Positions 51,110-63,000 of a stretch of 64,000 bases of DNA are shown one piece after another. The notes under the pieces are model-generated. The model was not told the DNA's origin. It ran no database searches and saw only the letters and a list, made by a program, of their open reading frames with translations. Made by a program: the position numbers and the translations under genes. Each line of letters begins with the position of its first letter. The stretch's first letter is position 1. Source of the DNA: the human T2T-CHM13v2.0 reference genome, Homo sapiens; NCBI RefSeq assembly GCF_009914755.1, contig NC_060938.1; one strand, given 5' to 3'.

Positions 51110-54100
51110 TCAATTCCCACCTATGAGTGAGAGCATGCAGTGTTTGGTTTTTTGTCCTAGCGATAGTTTACTGAGAATGATGATTTCCAATTTCATCCAT
51201 GTCCCTACAAAAGACATGAACTCATCATTTTTGTATGGCTCCATAGTATTCCATGGTGTATATGTGCCACATTTTCTTAATCCACTCTGTTATTGTTGGA
51301 CATTTGGGTTGGTTCCAAGTCTTTGCTATTGTGAATAGTGCTGCAATAAACATATGTGTGCATGTGTCTTTATAGCAGCATGATTTATAGTCCTTGGGTA
51401 TATACCCAGTAATGGGATGTCTGGATCAAATTGTATTTCTAGATCTACATCCCTGAGGAATCGCCACACTGACTTCCACAATGGCTGAATTAGTTTACAG
51501 CCCCACCAAAAGTGTAAAAGTGTTTCTATTTCTCCACATCCTCTCCAACACCTGTTGTTTCCTGACTTTTTAATGATTGCCATTCTAAATGGTGTGAGGT
51601 GGTATCTCTTTGTGGTTTTCATTTGCATTTCTCTGATGGCCAGTTAAGGATAAGCATTTTTTCATGTGTTTTTGGCTGCATAAATGTCTTCTTTGGGAAG
51701 TGTCTGTTCATGTCCTTCACCCACTTTTTGATGGGGTTGTTTGTTTTTTTTCTTGTAAATTTGTTTGAGTTCATTGTAGATTCTGGATATTAGCCCTTTG
51801 TCAGATAAGTAGGTTGTGAAAACTATCTCCCATTTTGTACATTGCCTGTTCACTCTGCTGGTAGTTTCTTTTGCTGTGCAGAAGCTCTTTAGTTTAATTA
51901 GATCCCATTTGACAATTATAGCTTTTGTTGCCATTGCTTTTGGTGTTTTAGACATGAAGTCCTTGCCCACGCCTATGTCCTGAATGGTAATGCCTGGGTT
52001 TTCTTCTAGGATTTTTATGGTTCTAGGTCTAACGTTTAACTTTTTAAACCATCTTGAATTAATTTTTGTATAAGGTGTAAGGAAGGGATCCAGTTTCAGC
52101 TTTCTACATATGGCTAGCCAGTTTTCCCAGCACCACTTATTAAATAGGGAATCCTTTCCCCATTGCTTGTTTTGTTCAGGTTTATCAAAGACCAGATAGT
52201 TGTAGATATACAGTGTTATTTCTGAGGGCTCTGTTCTGTTCCATTGATCTATATCTCTGTTTTGGTACCAGTACCATGCTGTCTTGGTTACTGTAGCCTT
52301 GTAGTATAGTTCGAAGTCAGGTAGCCTGATGCCTCCAGCTTTGTTCTTGTGGCTTAAGATTGACTTGTTGATGCGGGCTCTTTTTTGGTTCCATATGAAC
52401 TTTAAAGTAGTTTTTTTCCAATTCTGTGAAGAAGGTCATTGGTAGCTTGATGGGGATGGCATTGAATCTATAAATTACCTTCGGCAGTATGGCCATTTTC
52501 ACGATATTGATTCTTCCTACCCATGAGCATGGAATGTTCTTCCATATATTTATATCCTCTTTTATTTCATTGAGCAGTGGTTTGTAGTTCTCCTTGAAGA
52601 GGTCCTTCACATCCCTTGTAAGTTGGATTCCTACACATTTTATTCTCTTTGAAGCAATTGCAAACGGGAGTTCACTCTTGATTTGGCTCTGTTTGTCTGT
52701 TATTGGTGTATAAGAATGCTTGTGATTTTTGCACATTGATTTTGTATCCTGAGACTTTGCTGAAGTTGCTCATCAGCTTAAGGAGATTTTGGGCTGAGAC
52801 AATGGGGTTTTCTAGATATACAATCATGTCATCTGCAAACGAGCACAATTTGACTTCCTCTTTTCCTAATTGAATACACTTTATTTCCTTCTCCTGCCTA
52901 ATGGCCCTGGCCAGAATTCCCAACACTATGTTGAATAGGACTGGTGAGAGAGGGCGTCTCTGTCTTGTGCCAGTTTTCAAAGGGAATGCTTCCAGTTTTT
53001 GGCCATTCAGTATGATATTGGCTGTGGGTTTGTCATAGCTAGCTCTTATTATTTTGAGATACGTCCCATCAATATCTAATTTATTGAGAGTTTTTAGCAT
53101 GAAGGGATGTTGAATTTTGTCAAAGGCCTTTTCTGCATCTATTGAGATAATCATGTGGTTTTTGTCTTTGGTTCTGTTTACATGCTGGATTACATTTATT
53201 GATTTGCATATATTGAACCAGCCTTGCATCCTAGGGATGAAGCCCACTTGATCATATTGGATAAGCTTTTTGATGTGCTTCTGGAATCGGTTTGCCAGTA
53301 TTTTATTGAGGATTTTTGCATGAATGTTCATCAAGGATATTGGTCTAAAATTTTGTTTTTTTGTTGTGTCTCTGCCCGGCTTTGGTATCAGGATGATGCT
53401 GGCCTCATAAAATGAGTTTGGGCGGATTCCCTCTTTTTCCATTGATTGGAATAATTTCAGAAGGAATGGTACCAGTTCCCCCTTGTACATCTGGTAGAAT
53501 TTGGCTGTAAATCCTTCTGGTCCTGGACTCTTTTTGTTGGTAAGCTATTGATTATTGCCACAATTTCAGAGCCTCTTATTGGTCTATTCAGAGAGTCAAC
53601 TTCTTCCTGGTTTAGTCTTGGGAGGGTGTATGTGTCTAGGAATTTATCCATTCCTTCTAGATTTTGTAGTTTGTTTGTGTAGAGGTGTATGTAGTATTCT
53701 CTGATGGTAGTTCGTATTTTTGTGGGATCAATGGTGATACTCACTTTATCATTTGTTATTGCGTCTATTTGATTCTTCTTTCTTTTCTTCTTTATTAGTC
53801 TTGCTAGTGGTCTATCAATTTTGTTGATCTTTTCAAAAAACAAGCTCCTGGATTCACTAATTTTTTGAAGGGTTTTTTGTGTCTCTATTTCCTTCAGTTC
53901 TGCTCTGATTTTAGTTATTTCTTGCATTCTGCTAGCTTTTGAATGTGTTTGCTCTTGCTTTTCTGGTGCTTTTAATTGTGATGTTAGGGTGTCAATTTTG
54001 GATCTTTCCTGCTTTCTCTTGTGGGCATTTAGTGCTATAAATTTCCTTCTACACACTGCTTTGAATGTGTCCCGGAGATTCTGGTATGTTGTGTCTTTGT

Positions 54101-54934
54101 TCTCATTGGTTTCAAAGAACATCTTTATTTCTGCCTTCATTTTGTTATGTACCCAGTAGTCATTCAGGAGTAGGTTGTTCAGTTTCCATGTAGTTGAGCG
54201 GTTTTGAGTGAGTTTCTTAATCCTGAGGTCCAGTTTGGTTGCACTGTGGTCTGAGAGACAGTTTGTTATAATTTCTGTTCTTTTACATTTGCTGAGGATA
54301 GCTTTAGTTCCAACTATGTGGTCAATTTTGGAATAGGTGTGGTGTGGTGCTGAAAAAAATGTATATTCTTTCGATTTGGGGTGGAGAGTTCTGTAGATGT
54401 CTATTAGGTCCGCTTGGTGCAGGGCTGAGTTCAATTCCTGGGTATCCTTGTTAACTTTTTGTCTCGTTGATCTGTCTAATATTGACAGTGGGGTGTTAAA
54501 TTATCCAATTATTATTGTGTGGGAGTCTAAGTCTCTTTGTACATCACTCAGGACTTGCTTTAAGAATCTGGGTGCTCCTGTGTTGAGTGCATATATATTT
54601 AGGATAGTTAGCTCTTCTTGTTGAATTGATCCCTTTACTATTATGTAATGGCCTTCTTTGTCTCTTTTGATCTTTGTTGATTTAAAGTCTGTTTTATCAG
54701 AGACTAGGATTGCAACCCCTGCCTTTTTTTGTTTTCCATTTACTTGGTAGATCTTCCACCATCCTTTCATTTTGAGCCTATGTTTGTTTCTGCATGTGAG
54801 ATGGGTTTCCTGAATACAGCACACTGATGGGTCTTGACTCTTTATCCAAATTGCCAGTCTGTGTGTTTAATTGGAGCATTTAGTCCATTTACATTTAGAG
54901 TTAATATTGTTATGTGTGAATTTGATCCTGTCGT
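51110..54934 (-). pseudogene. L1 ORF2 (APE-like endonuclease / reverse transcriptase), disrupted
   Basis: Seen: start codon reads ACG instead of ATG (cgt at 54932-54934, upstream of ACAGGATCAAATTCACAC). ORF split into at least six pieces (54824-54501, 54434-53457, 53490-52672, 52736-52317, 51970-51662, 51628-51326). Motifs CCIQETH, SDHSA and FADD are present. Stop at 51110-51112. Confidence 0.93.
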
Positions 54935-54997
54935 TATGATGTTTTTTGGTTATTTTGCTCGTTAGTTGATGCAGTTTCTTACTAGCCACAGTGGACT

Positions 54998-56012
54998 TTA
55001 CAATTTGGCATGATTTTGCACTGGCTGGTACTGGTTGTTTCTTTCCATGTTTAGTGCTTCCTTCAGGAGCTCTTTTAGGGCAGGCCTGGTGGTGACACAA
55101 TCTCTCAGCATTTGATTGTCTGTAAAGTATTTTATTTCTCCTTCACTTATGAAGCTTAGTTTGGCTGGATATGAAATTCTGGGTTGAAAATTCTTTTCTT
55201 TAAAAATGTTGAATATTGGCCCACACTCTCATCTGGCTTGTAGAGTTTCTGCCAAGAGATCTGCTGTTAGTCTGATGGGCTTCCCTTTGAGGGTAACACC
55301 ACCTTTCTCTCTGGCTGCCCTTAACATTTTTTCCTTTATTTCAACTTTGGTGAATCTGACAATTATTTGTCTTGGAGTTGTTCTTCTCGAGGAGTATCTT
55401 TGTGGCATTCTCTGTATTTTCTGAATCTGAATGTTGGCCTGCCTTGATAGATTGGGGAAGTTCTCCTGGATAATATCTTGCAGAGTGTTTTCCAACTTGG
55501 TTCCATTCTCCACATCACTTTCAGGTACACCAATCAGACGTAGATTTGGTCTTTTCACATAGTCCCATATTTCTTGCAGTCTTTGTTCATTTCTTTTTAT
55601 TCTTTTTTCTCTAAACTTCCCTTCTCACTTTATTTCATTTATTTCAACTTCCATCACTGATACCTTTTCTTCCAGTTGATCGCATCTGCTCCTGAGGCTT
55701 CTGCATTCTTCATGTAGTTCTGGAGCCTTGGCTTTCAGCTCCATCAGCTCCTTTAAGCACTTCTCTGTGTTGGTTATTCTAGTTATACATTCGTCTAAAT
55801 TTTTTCAATGTTTTTAACTTCTTTGCCTTTGGTTTGAATTTCCTCCTGTAGCTCCGAGTAATTTGATTGTCTGAAGCCTTCTTCTCTCAACTCGTCAAAG
55901 TCATTCTCCGTCCAGCTTTGTTCCATTTCTTATGAGGAACTGCATTCCTTTGGAGGAGGGGAGGCACTCTGTTTTTAGAGTTTCTAGTTTTTCTGCTCTG
56001 TTTTTTCCCCAT
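54998..56012 (-). pseudogene. L1 ORF1 (p40 RNA-binding/chaperone protein), disrupted
   Basis: Seen: ATGGGGAAAAAACAGAGCAG at 56012 on the minus strand, fragment KRPNLRLIGVPESD...RAAREKG...IRLTADL (55558-55229), and terminal catgccaaattgtaa at ~54998. There is no continuous ORF. Confidence 0.9.
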
Positions 56013-56140
56013 CATTGTGGTTTTATCTAATTTTGGTCTTTTATGGTGGTGATATACAGATGGGTTTTTGGTGTGGATGTCCTTTCTGTTTGTTAGTTTT
56101 CCTTCTAACAGACAGGACCCTCAGCTGCAGGTCTGTTGGA

Positions 56141-56269
56141 GTTTGCTGGAGGTCCATTCCAGATCCTGTTTGCCTGGGTATCAGCAGCGGTGACTGCAGA
56201 ACAGCGGATTTTCATGAACCACGAATGCTGCTGTCTGATCTTTGCTCTGGAAATTTTGTCTCAGAGGAC
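56141..56269 (-). promoter_or_regulatory. ~129-bp 5'UTR segment absent from L1PA2/L1HS (ZNF93-binding region)
   Basis: Seen: extra sequence gtttgctggaggtcc...tcagcagcggtgactgcag...tcagaggac between ggtctgttgga and tacccggcc, which are adjacent in L1HS/PA2. Established: a 129-bp deletion arising in L1PA3 removed the ZNF93 site. Confidence 0.8.
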
Positions 56270-56595
56270 TACCCGGCCATGTGAGGTGTCAGTCTGCCCC
56301 TACTGAGGGGTGTCTCCCAGTTAGGCTGCTCGGGGTCCAGGGGTCAGGTACCCACTTGAGGAGGCAGTCTGCCCATTCTCAGATCTCCAGCTGTGTGCTG
56401 GGAGAACCACTGCTCTCTTCAAAGCTGTCAGACAGGGACATTTAAGTCTGCAGAGGTTACTGCTGTCTTTTTGTTTGTCTGTGCCCTGCCCCCAGAGGTG
56501 GAGCCTACAGAGGAAGGCAGGTCTCCTAGAGCTGTGGTGGGCTACACCTACTTCGAGCTTTCCAGCAGCTTTGTTTACCTAAGCAAGCCTGGGCA

Positions 56596-57072
56596 ATGGG
56601 GGGTGCCCCACCCCCAGCTTCACTGCCACCTTTTAGTTTGATCACAGACTGCTGTGCTAGCAATCAGTGAGACACCGTAGACATAGGACCCTCCAAGCAA
56701 CGTGTGGGATATAATCTCCTGGTGCGCCATTTTTTAAGCCCATTGAAAAAGTACAGTATTAGTGTGGGAGTGACTGGATTTCCCAGGTGCCGTCTGTCAC
56801 CCCTTTATTTGACTAGGAAAGGGAACTCCTTAACCACTTGCACTTCCCAAGTGAGGAAATGCCTCACTCTGCTTCTGCCCACACATGGTGCGCTGCACCC
56901 ACTATCCTGCGCCAACTGTCTGGCACTCCCTAGTGAGATGAACCAGGTATCTCAGATGGAAATGAGGAAATCATTCATCTTCTGTGTCACTCATGCTGGG
57001 AGCTGTAGAACAGAGCTGTTCCTATTTGGCCATCTTGACTGCCACCTCATTTGCCAGTTGGCTTCTGTGTAG
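56596..57072 (+). pseudogene. L1 antisense ORF0 with a premature stop
   Basis: Seen: ATG at 56596 gives MGGAPPPASLPPFSLITDCCASNQ* (TGA at 56668-56670, CGA in the recalled ORF0 MAGAPPPASLPPCSLISDCCASNQRD...). The same frame continues as track ORF 56704-57072. Confidence 0.8.
57028..57037 (-). promoter_or_regulatory. YY1-binding motif at the L1 5' end (CAAGATGGCC)
   Basis: Seen: ggccatcttg on +. Established: conserved YY1 site near the start of L1PA elements. Confidence 0.8.
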
Positions 57073-60000
57073 TTTTTATGTGAAAATATTTCCCTTTCCA
57101 CCATAGGCCACAAAGGGCTCCAAATATCCACTTGCAGATTCTACAAAAAGAGAGTTTCAAAACTGCTCAACCAAACGAAAGTTTCAACTCTGTGAGTTGT
57201 ATGCACACATCACAAAGAAGTTTCTCTGAATACTTCCACATAGTTTTTATGTGAAGGTATACCCATTTCCACCATAGGCCACAAAGCGCTCCAAATATCC
57301 ACTTGCAGATTCTACAAAGTGAGTGTTTCCAAACTGCTCAATCAAAAGAAAGTTTCAACTCTGTGAGATGAATGCACACATTGCAAAGTAGTTTCTCAGA
57401 ATGGTTCTGCTTAGTTTTTATGTGAAGATATCTCCTTTTACACAATAGGCCTAAAAGTCCTCCAAATATCCACTTGCTGATCCTTTAAAAAGACTGTTTC
57501 ATAACTGCTTAATCAAAAGAAAGGTTCAACTCTGTGAGATGAATGCACAAATCACAAAGAAGTTTCTCAGAATGCTTCTCTGTAGTTTTTATGTGAAGAT
57601 ATCTCCTTTTCCACAATAGGTAGCAAATAGTTCCAAATATCCACTTGTGGATTCTACAAAAAGAGAGTTTCAAAATTGCTGAATCAAAAGATAGGTTCAA
57701 ACTTGTAAGTTGAATGCACACATTGCAGAGAAGTTTCTCAGAATGCTTCTGTGTAGTTCTCATGTGAAGATATTTCCTTTTCCACCATAGGCCTCAAAGC
57801 GATCCAATCATCCACTTTAGATACTACAAAAAAAGTGTTTCCAAACTGCTCAATCAAAAGAAAGGTTCAACTCCGTGAGATGAAGGCACACATGACAAAG
57901 AATGTCCTCAGAAATCTTTTTTGTAGTTTTTATGTGAAGGTATGTCCTTTTCCACTGTAGGCCGCAAAGGGCTCCAAATATCCTCTTGCAGATTCTACAA
58001 AAAGTGAGATTCAAAACTGCTCAATCGAAAGATAGTTTCAACTCTGTTAGTTTAATGCACACTTAACAAATATGTTTCTCAGAATGCTTCTGTGTTAACA
58101 AAGATGTTTCTCATAATGCTTCTGTGTAGTTTTTATGTGAAGATATTTCCATTTCCACCATAGGCCTCAAAGAGCTCCAAATATCCACCTGCAGATTCTA
58201 CAAAAAGAAAGTTTCAAAACTGCTGAATGAAAAGAAAAGTTTAACACTGTGAGATGAATGCACACATCACACAGAACTTTCTTAGAATGATTCTGTGCAG
58301 CTTTTATGTGAAGATATTTCCTTTTCCACAATAGGAACCTAAGCGCTCCAAATATCAACTTGCAGATTCTACAAAAAGAGTTTTTCAAAACTGCTCAATC
58401 AAAAGAAAGGTTCAACTCTGTGAGATGAAAGCACACTTCACGAAGAGGTTTCTCGGAATGCTTCTGTGTAGATTTCATGTGAAGATATTTTCTTTTCAAC
58501 TATTTGCCTCAAAGTGCTCCAATTATCCACTTGCAGATTCTACAAACAGAGTGTTTAAAAACTGCTAAATGAAAAAGAAAGATTCATCTCTGTGAGATGA
58601 ATGCACACATCACCACGAAGTTTCTCAGAATGCTTCTGTGTAGTTTTTAGTTGAAGATATTCCCATTTCCACCATAGGCCACAAATGGCTCCAAATATCC
58701 ACTTGCAGATTCTACAAAAAGAGTTTCAAAACTGTTCAATGAAAAAATAGGTTCAACTCCATGAGTTGAATGCACACATCACAGAGAAGTTTCTCAGAAA
58801 GCTTCTATGTAGTTTTTATGTGAAGATATTTCTTCCACACATTAGGCCTCAAAGTGCTCCAAATATTCACTTGCAGATACTTCAAAAAGATTCTTTCAAA
58901 ACTGCTCAATCAAAAGAAAGGTTCATCTCTGTGAGATGAATGCTCACATCACAAAGAAGTTTCTCAGAATACTTCTGTTTGTTTTTTATGTGAGGGCATG
59001 TCCTTTTCCAAAATAGGCCACAAAAGGCTAGAAATATTCACTTGCAGATAATAGAAAAAGACAGTTTCAAAATGGCTCAATCAAATGATAGGTTCAAATC
59101 TGTGAGTTGAATGCACACATCACAAAGGAGTTTCTCAGAATACTTCTGTGTAGTTTTCATATGAAGGCATTTCTTTTTCCATCATAGGTCTCAAAGGGCT
59201 CCAAATATACAACTGCAGATACTACAAAAAGAGAGTTTCAAAACTGCTAATCAAAAGATAGATTCACATCAGTGAGTTGAATGTACACATCACAAAGAAG
59301 TTTCTCAGAATGCTTCTGTGTGGTCTTTAAGTGAAGATATTTTCTTTTCCACAATAGGCCTCAAAGCGTTCCAAATATCCACTTGCAGAATATACAAAAA
59401 CAGTGTTTCAATACTGCTCAATCAAAAAAAGATTCAACTCTGTGAGATGAAAGCACACATCACAAAGAATTTTCTCAGAATGCTTCTGTGCAGTTTTTAT
59501 GTGAAGATATTTCCTTTTTCAAAACAGGCCTCAAAGCCCTCCAAATATCCACTTGCAGATTCTACAAAAAGTGTGTTTCAAAACTGCTCAATCAAAAGAC
59601 ACGTTCATCCTGTGTGATGAATACACTCATCACACAGTAGTTTCTCAGAATGCTTCTGTGAAATTTTTATGTGAAGATATTTCCTTTTCCACAATAGGCC
59701 TCAAAGCACTCTGTATATCCACTTTCAGATTCTACAAAAAGAGATTAAAAACTGCTCAAACAAAACATAGGTTAAACTCTGTGAGAGGAATTCACAATTC
59801 ACAAAGAAGTTTATCAGAATGCTACTGTGTAGTTTTTATTTGAAGATATTTCCTTTTCCACAATATGCATCAAAGTTTTCCAAATATCCAAATGCAGATT
59901 CTACACAAAGAGTGTTTCAAAACTCCTCAATCAAAAGAAAGGTTCAACTCTGTAAGATGAATGAACACATCACAAAGAAGTTTCTCAGAATGCTTCTGTG

Positions 60001-63000
60001 TAGTTTTTATGTAAATATATTTGCTGTTCAACTGTTGGCCTCAAAGCGCTCCAAATATCCACTTGCATATTCTACAAATAGAGTATTTCAAAACTGCTGA
60101 ATTATAAAATAGGTTCAACCCTGTGAGATGAATGCACCCATCACAAAGAAGTTTCTCAGAATGCTTCTGTGTTGTTTTTATGTGAAGATATTTCCTTTTC
60201 CACAATAGTCCTCAAAAGGCCCCAAATATCCACTTGCAGATTCTACAAATAGAGTGTTTCATAACTGCTAAATCATAAGATAGTTTCAAATCTCTGAGAT
60301 AAATGCACACATCACAAATAAGTTTATCAGGGTACTTTTGTGTAGTTTTTATGTTAAGATATTTTGTTTTCCAAAATAGGTCTCAAAACACTCCAAATAT
60401 CCACTTGTGGATTCTACAAAAAGATTGTTTCAATACTGCTCTATCATAAGACAGGTTCAGCTGTGTGAGATGAATGCAGACATCACAAAGAAGTTTCCCA
60501 GAATTCTTCTGTGAAGTTTTTATGTGAAGATATTTGCTTTTCCACAGTAGGCCTCAAAACGCTCCAAATATCCATTTGAAGATTCTACAAAAACAGTGTT
60601 TCAAAACTGCTGAATCATAAGATAAGTTCAACTCTGTGAGTTGAATGCACACATAACAAAGAAGTTCCTCAGAATGCTTCTGTGTAGTTTTTATTTGAAG
60701 ATATTTCCTTTTCCACTTTAGGCCACAAAGGGCTCCAAATATCTGCTTGCAGATCCTACAAAAAGATTGTTTCAAAACTGCTCAATCAAAAGAAATGTTC
60801 AACTCTGTGAGATGAAGGCACACATCTCAAAGAAGTTTCTCAGAATGCCTCTGTGTTGATTTTATGTGAAGATATTTTCTTCTTCAGAGTAGGCCTCAAT
60901 TACTCCAAATATCCACTTGCAGACGGTTCAAAAAGAGTGTTTCCAAACTGCTCAATCAAAAGAAATGTTCAACTCTGTGAGAGGAATGCACATATCCCAG
61001 GGAAGCTTCCCAGAAATCTTCTGTGTAGTTTTTATGTGAAGATATTTCCTTTTCCACAGTAGGCCTCAAAAGGCTCCAAGTATCCACTTACAGATTCTAC
61101 AAAGAGAGTGTTTCAAAACTGCTCAATCAAATGAAAGGTTCACCTCTGTGAGATGAATGCACACATCATGAAGAAGTTTCTCTGAATGCTTCTGTTTACC
61201 TTTTCTTTTAAGATATTTCCTTTTCATTCATAGGCCACAAAGGGCACCAAATATCCAATTGCAGATTCTACGAAGAGAGATCCAATACTGCCCAATCAAA
61301 AGGTAGGTTCAACTATGTGAGTTGAATGCACACATCATGAAGAAGTTTCTCAGAATGCCTCAGTGTAGTTCTTATGTGAAGATATTTGTTCTTCCACAGT
61401 AGGCTTCAAAGCGCTCTGAATATCCACTTGCAGATTCTATGAAAACAGCATTTCAGAATTGCTCAATCAAAAGAAAATTTCAACACTGTGAGATGAATGC
61501 ACACATCACAAAGTAGTTTTTCAGAATGCTTCTGTGTAGTTTTTATGTGAAGATATTTCCTTTTCCACAATAGGCCTCAAAGCGCTCCAAATATCCACTT
61601 GCAGATTCTATGAAAACAGCATTTCAAAACTGCTCAATCAAAAGGAAATTTCAACTCTGTGAGATGAGTTCACACATCACAAAGAGATTTCTCACAATTC
61701 CTCCGTGTACAGTTTATTTAAAGATATTTCCTTTCCCACCATAGGCTGATAAGGGCTCCAAATATCCGGTTGAAGATTCCACAAAAAGATTCAAAACTGC
61801 TCCACTAAGACATTGGTTCAACTCTGTGAGTTGAATGCACACATCACAAAGATGTTTCTCAGAATGCTTCTGTGTAGTTTTTATGTGAAGATATTTCCTT
61901 TTCCAAAATAGGCCTCAAAACCCTCCAAATATCTACCTGCCGATTCTACAAAAAGAGTGTTTCAAATCTGCTCAATCAAAAGAAGTTAAAATCTGTATGA
62001 TGAATGCACACATCATAAAGAAGTTTCTCAGACTGCCTAAGTGTAGTTTTTACATGAAGATATTTCCTTTTCCACAGTAGGCCTCAAAGCTTTCCAAATA
62101 TACACTTGCAGATTCTACAAAAAGAGTGTTTCAAAACTGCTCTATCAAAAGATAGTTTCAACACTGTGAGTTGAATGTACACATCACAAAGAAGTTTCTC
62201 AGAATGCTTCTGTGTAGTTTTGATATGAAGATATTTCCTTTTCCAAAATAGTCCTCAAAGCCCTCCAAATATCCACTTGCAGTTTCTACATAAAGAGTGT
62301 TACAAAACTGTTCAATCAAAAAGAAAGGTTCAACTATGTGTGATGAATGCACTCATAACAAAGAAATTTCTCAGAAAGCTTCTGTGTAGTTTTTATGTGA
62401 AAATATTTCCTTTTCCACAATAGACCTAAAAGCACTGCAAATATTCACTCTCAGTTTCTACAAAAAGAGTGATTCAAAACTGTTCAATCAAAACATAGGT
62501 TCAACTCTGTGAGTTGAATGCACACATCACAAAAAGTTTCTCAGAATGCTTCTGTGTAGTTGTTATGTGAAGATATTTCCTTTTCCACACTACGCTTCAA
62601 AGACCTCCAAATATCCACTTGCAGATTCTGCAAAAAGAGAGATTAAAAACTGCTCCATCAAAATATAGGTTCGATTCTGTGAGTTGAATGCACACATCAC
62701 AAAGAAGTTTCTCAGAATGCTTCTGTGCAGTTTTTATGTGAAGATATTTGCTTTTCCACAGTAGGCCTCAAAGTGCTCCAAATATCCACTTGAAGACTCT
62801 ACAAAAACAGTGCTTCAAAACTGCTGAATCATAAGATAGTTTCAACTCTGTGAGTTGAATGCACACATAGCAAAGAAGATCCTCAGAATGCTTCTGGGTA
62901 GTTTTTATTTGAAGATATTTCCTTTTCCTCCATAGGCCGCAAAGGGCTCCATATGACCACTTGCAAATCCTACAAAAAGAGGGAATCAAAACTGCTCAAT

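Larger units (their letters stand above)
50878..57048 (-). mobile_element. Full-length (~6.17 kb) LINE-1, L1PA3 long form / L1PA4 boundary, retrotransposition-defective
   Basis: Seen: poly(T) tail at 50873+, 3'UTR, ORF2 fragments covering EN, RT (FADD) and the C-terminus, ORF1 fragments, and a 5'UTR ending ...cctatttggccatcttgactgccacc. TSD ctgtgtagttttt at 50865-50877 and 57065-57077 (TTTT/AT site). Confidence 0.97.
56013..57048 (-). promoter_or_regulatory. L1 5'UTR internal sense/antisense promoter, CpG-decayed
   Basis: Seen: ~1035-bp GC-richer 5'UTR with many CpG-to-TpG/CpA changes relative to the recalled consensus (e.g. cctatttggcc for cctattcggcc, tcatgctggg for tcacgctggg). Established: the L1PA 5'UTR holds both promoters. 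Confidence 0.85.

Noticed and set aside
50878-57048. Potentially active full-length L1
   Set aside because: ORF2 start is ACG, both ORFs carry frameshifts or stops, and the 5'UTR CpGs are decayed.
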